Shown here one piece after another: positions 62,569 through 64,000 of a stretch of DNA of 64,000 nt. Numbering within the stretch: position 1 is the first letter of the stretch; every line of letters starts with the position of its first letter. Source of the DNA: Peribolospora baueri (lineage: Eukaryota); the NCBI GenBank assembly GCA_029717555.1, contig JAMDHS010000030.1, positions 62,001 through 126,000 of the forward strand, in the 5' to 3' direction. Position numbers and translations under genes: made by a program. The notes below the pieces were generated by a model, which saw only the letters and a program-made list of their open reading frames with translations, was not told where the DNA came from and did not search any database.

Positions 62569-63810
62569 ATGGGTCGACCGTTGTGCGGCGAACGCTCCAT
62601 CGCTCGTGCCGCACGCTCGCCAAGCCGGTCTCAGCATGTCGCAGCCAAGGAGCCCGCGGCGACGATGACAAGCGACACCGCTTCCAACGTCCCCGCCGCC
62701 TTTCGTGCCATGCAGAGCGCGTCTTATGGCACCTTCAACGCCCTCCTCGCTGGCTCCTCCTCTCTCCCCGCATCCGTCCGAAGTGCGCCGCCCCGCGTCA
62801 ACATTGTCAGTCCAGACGCGCCCTCGATGTCCATAGCCGGCTCGGTGGTGCACGTGGAAGAAGCGAAGGACGAGGAGAACGACGACGACGGCGGAGTGCC
62901 ACAGCAGCCACAGACGCACTATCTCTATCACTACTGGTCCACCCGACCGTTCGCCATCGATGGTGACCCGAGCGACGGCCAGATCATCCGTGGCACCCCG
63001 TTCTCCATCCCCGCCACCACCCTGCCCCACACCACCAACGACGTCGCCGTAGCCGGCGCCGGGTCGCTTTCACGCAGGAGGCAGCAAGAGCATGCCCAGG
63101 GCTCGGTGACAAGGCTGAGAGCGTTGGCCCTCCCTCCGTCGCCTCCGACGCTCGCCGATCCCACATCCGTCGGCGCGGAACTCCTCTCCCCCTTCTCCGA
63201 CGGCGCCAGCTCGTCTTCCTCTGCCGCGTCCCTCTTCTCTGACGCCACTAGCCCCTTCGGCGAGAGGACGGGCGTCGCAGCCGACGGTGGCGACTACTTC
63301 GGCTCCCCATCTGTCCCAGTCCGCCCGCAAGTACATACCAACTCGCGCACCAGCGCTGGCCACCCCTCTTTGTTTGCTCAAGCCGAGGCTAGGTCGACAG
63401 CCGTGGACGAGCAGGTGAGGGAGCGAGCGAGGACGGTCGTCGGTTACTGGGCTAGTCAGTCGAGGGCCGCCCGAGCGCAGCGCGGCCCTGCTGTCGTTCC
63501 CGTCCACCACCACGAGGACGATGCCGACGTCGTTGGCGTGAAGATGGCACACGAAGACGACGCGGACGACGCGGACCTCGACCACTTTTCGTCTCCTCAT
63601 CCCCAGCCCGCGCAAACCGCAATGCGCGCCCGCTCGCCTTCCCCAACTCCCTCTGCGGCCTACCGCGTGCCGACAGCCGAGGACACCGTGTCCATTTTGG
63701 GCGCCGTCCCAGGCGAGTCCGACGAGGACAGGCGCAGGAGGGCTACCGAGGCCGTGAGGAGGTTGGCGGAGGAGAGCAGGGCCAGCAGGGCTAGGGTGGA
63801 GGCGCACTAG
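62569..63810 (+). CDS. Hypothetical, largely disordered protein
   Basis: ATG at 62569 (aacATGg context) after a pyrimidine-rich leader, in frame with ORF 62116-63810. Coding-like composition and a T-rich 3' flank. Confidence 0.65.
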   Translation: MGRPLCGERSIARAARSPSRSQHVAAKEPAATMTSDTASNVPAAFRAMQSASYGTFNALLAGSSSLPASVRSAPPRVNIVSPDAPSMSIAGSVVHVEEAKDEENDDDGGVPQQPQTHYLYHYWSTRPFAIDGDPSDGQIIRGTPFSIPATTLPHTTNDVAVAGAGSLSRRRQQEHAQGSVTRLRALALPPSPPTLADPTSVGAELLSPFSDGASSSSSAASLFSDATSPFGERTGVAADGGDYFGSPSVPVRPQVHTNSRTSAGHPSLFAQAEARSTAVDEQVRERARTVVGYWASQSRAARAQRGPAVVPVHHHEDDADVVGVKMAHEDDADDADLDHFSSPHPQPAQTAMRARSPSPTPSAAYRVPTAEDTVSILGAVPGESDEDRRRRATEAVRRLAEESRASRARVEAH

Positions 63811-64000
63811 ATGGTTTCCCTCTGTCCTTTTTAATTTGGTTTGTTCCGCCTCGTCAGTTTTGGGTTTTTCCTTTTGCGCTTGGACGTTTTCGCCCCTCCC
63901 GGTTCTTTCGGGCCTCTTGCATCTAGCTCTCTTTATCTTCCTTCCCGCTTTTACATGGACACACGCATCTTTTCCTCTCTGTTCTGTCTCCTGTTCTTGG

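Noticed and set aside
1..64000. Transposons, CRISPR arrays, rRNA, or TGA-CTA stop-codon read-through
   Set aside because: No transposase or RT motifs, spaced direct repeats or rRNA sequence were seen. None of the stop codons I checked has the TGA-CTA context.

Overview
GC-rich, intron-rich fungal nuclear DNA with GT-AG introns and CTRAC-type branch points. Gene content suggests a basidiomycete, probably a yeast (inference). About 19 protein-coding loci are present: an arrestin-like adaptor, Rho-GDI, an atypical TBC protein, a Ser/Thr-rich single-pass membrane protein, GH18 chitinase, Mps1 kinase, an HSF-family factor, a sugar porter, pyridoxal kinase, mitoribosomal bL21m, ATP1, a KDEL-ending PDI-like protein, RPS7, a BRPF/Nto1-like protein, a USP8/Doa4-like deubiquitinase and several hypotheticals. 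Most ORFs in the track are GC-rich shadow frames. The most interesting part is 45.2-48.8 kb, which the ORF track does not explain. It holds a clear U5 snRNA transcribed divergently from RPS7 across telomere-repeat promoter boxes, and an intron-containing tRNA-Thr(AGT) with unusual features. It also holds a ~1.2 kb heavily base-paired minus-strand element with no convincing ORF, directly downstream of RPS7. That element has a telomere-template motif and the topology of a fungal telomerase RNA; this is a candidate only. No transposon, CRISPR array or rRNA was seen. All gene models and folds were derived by eye.
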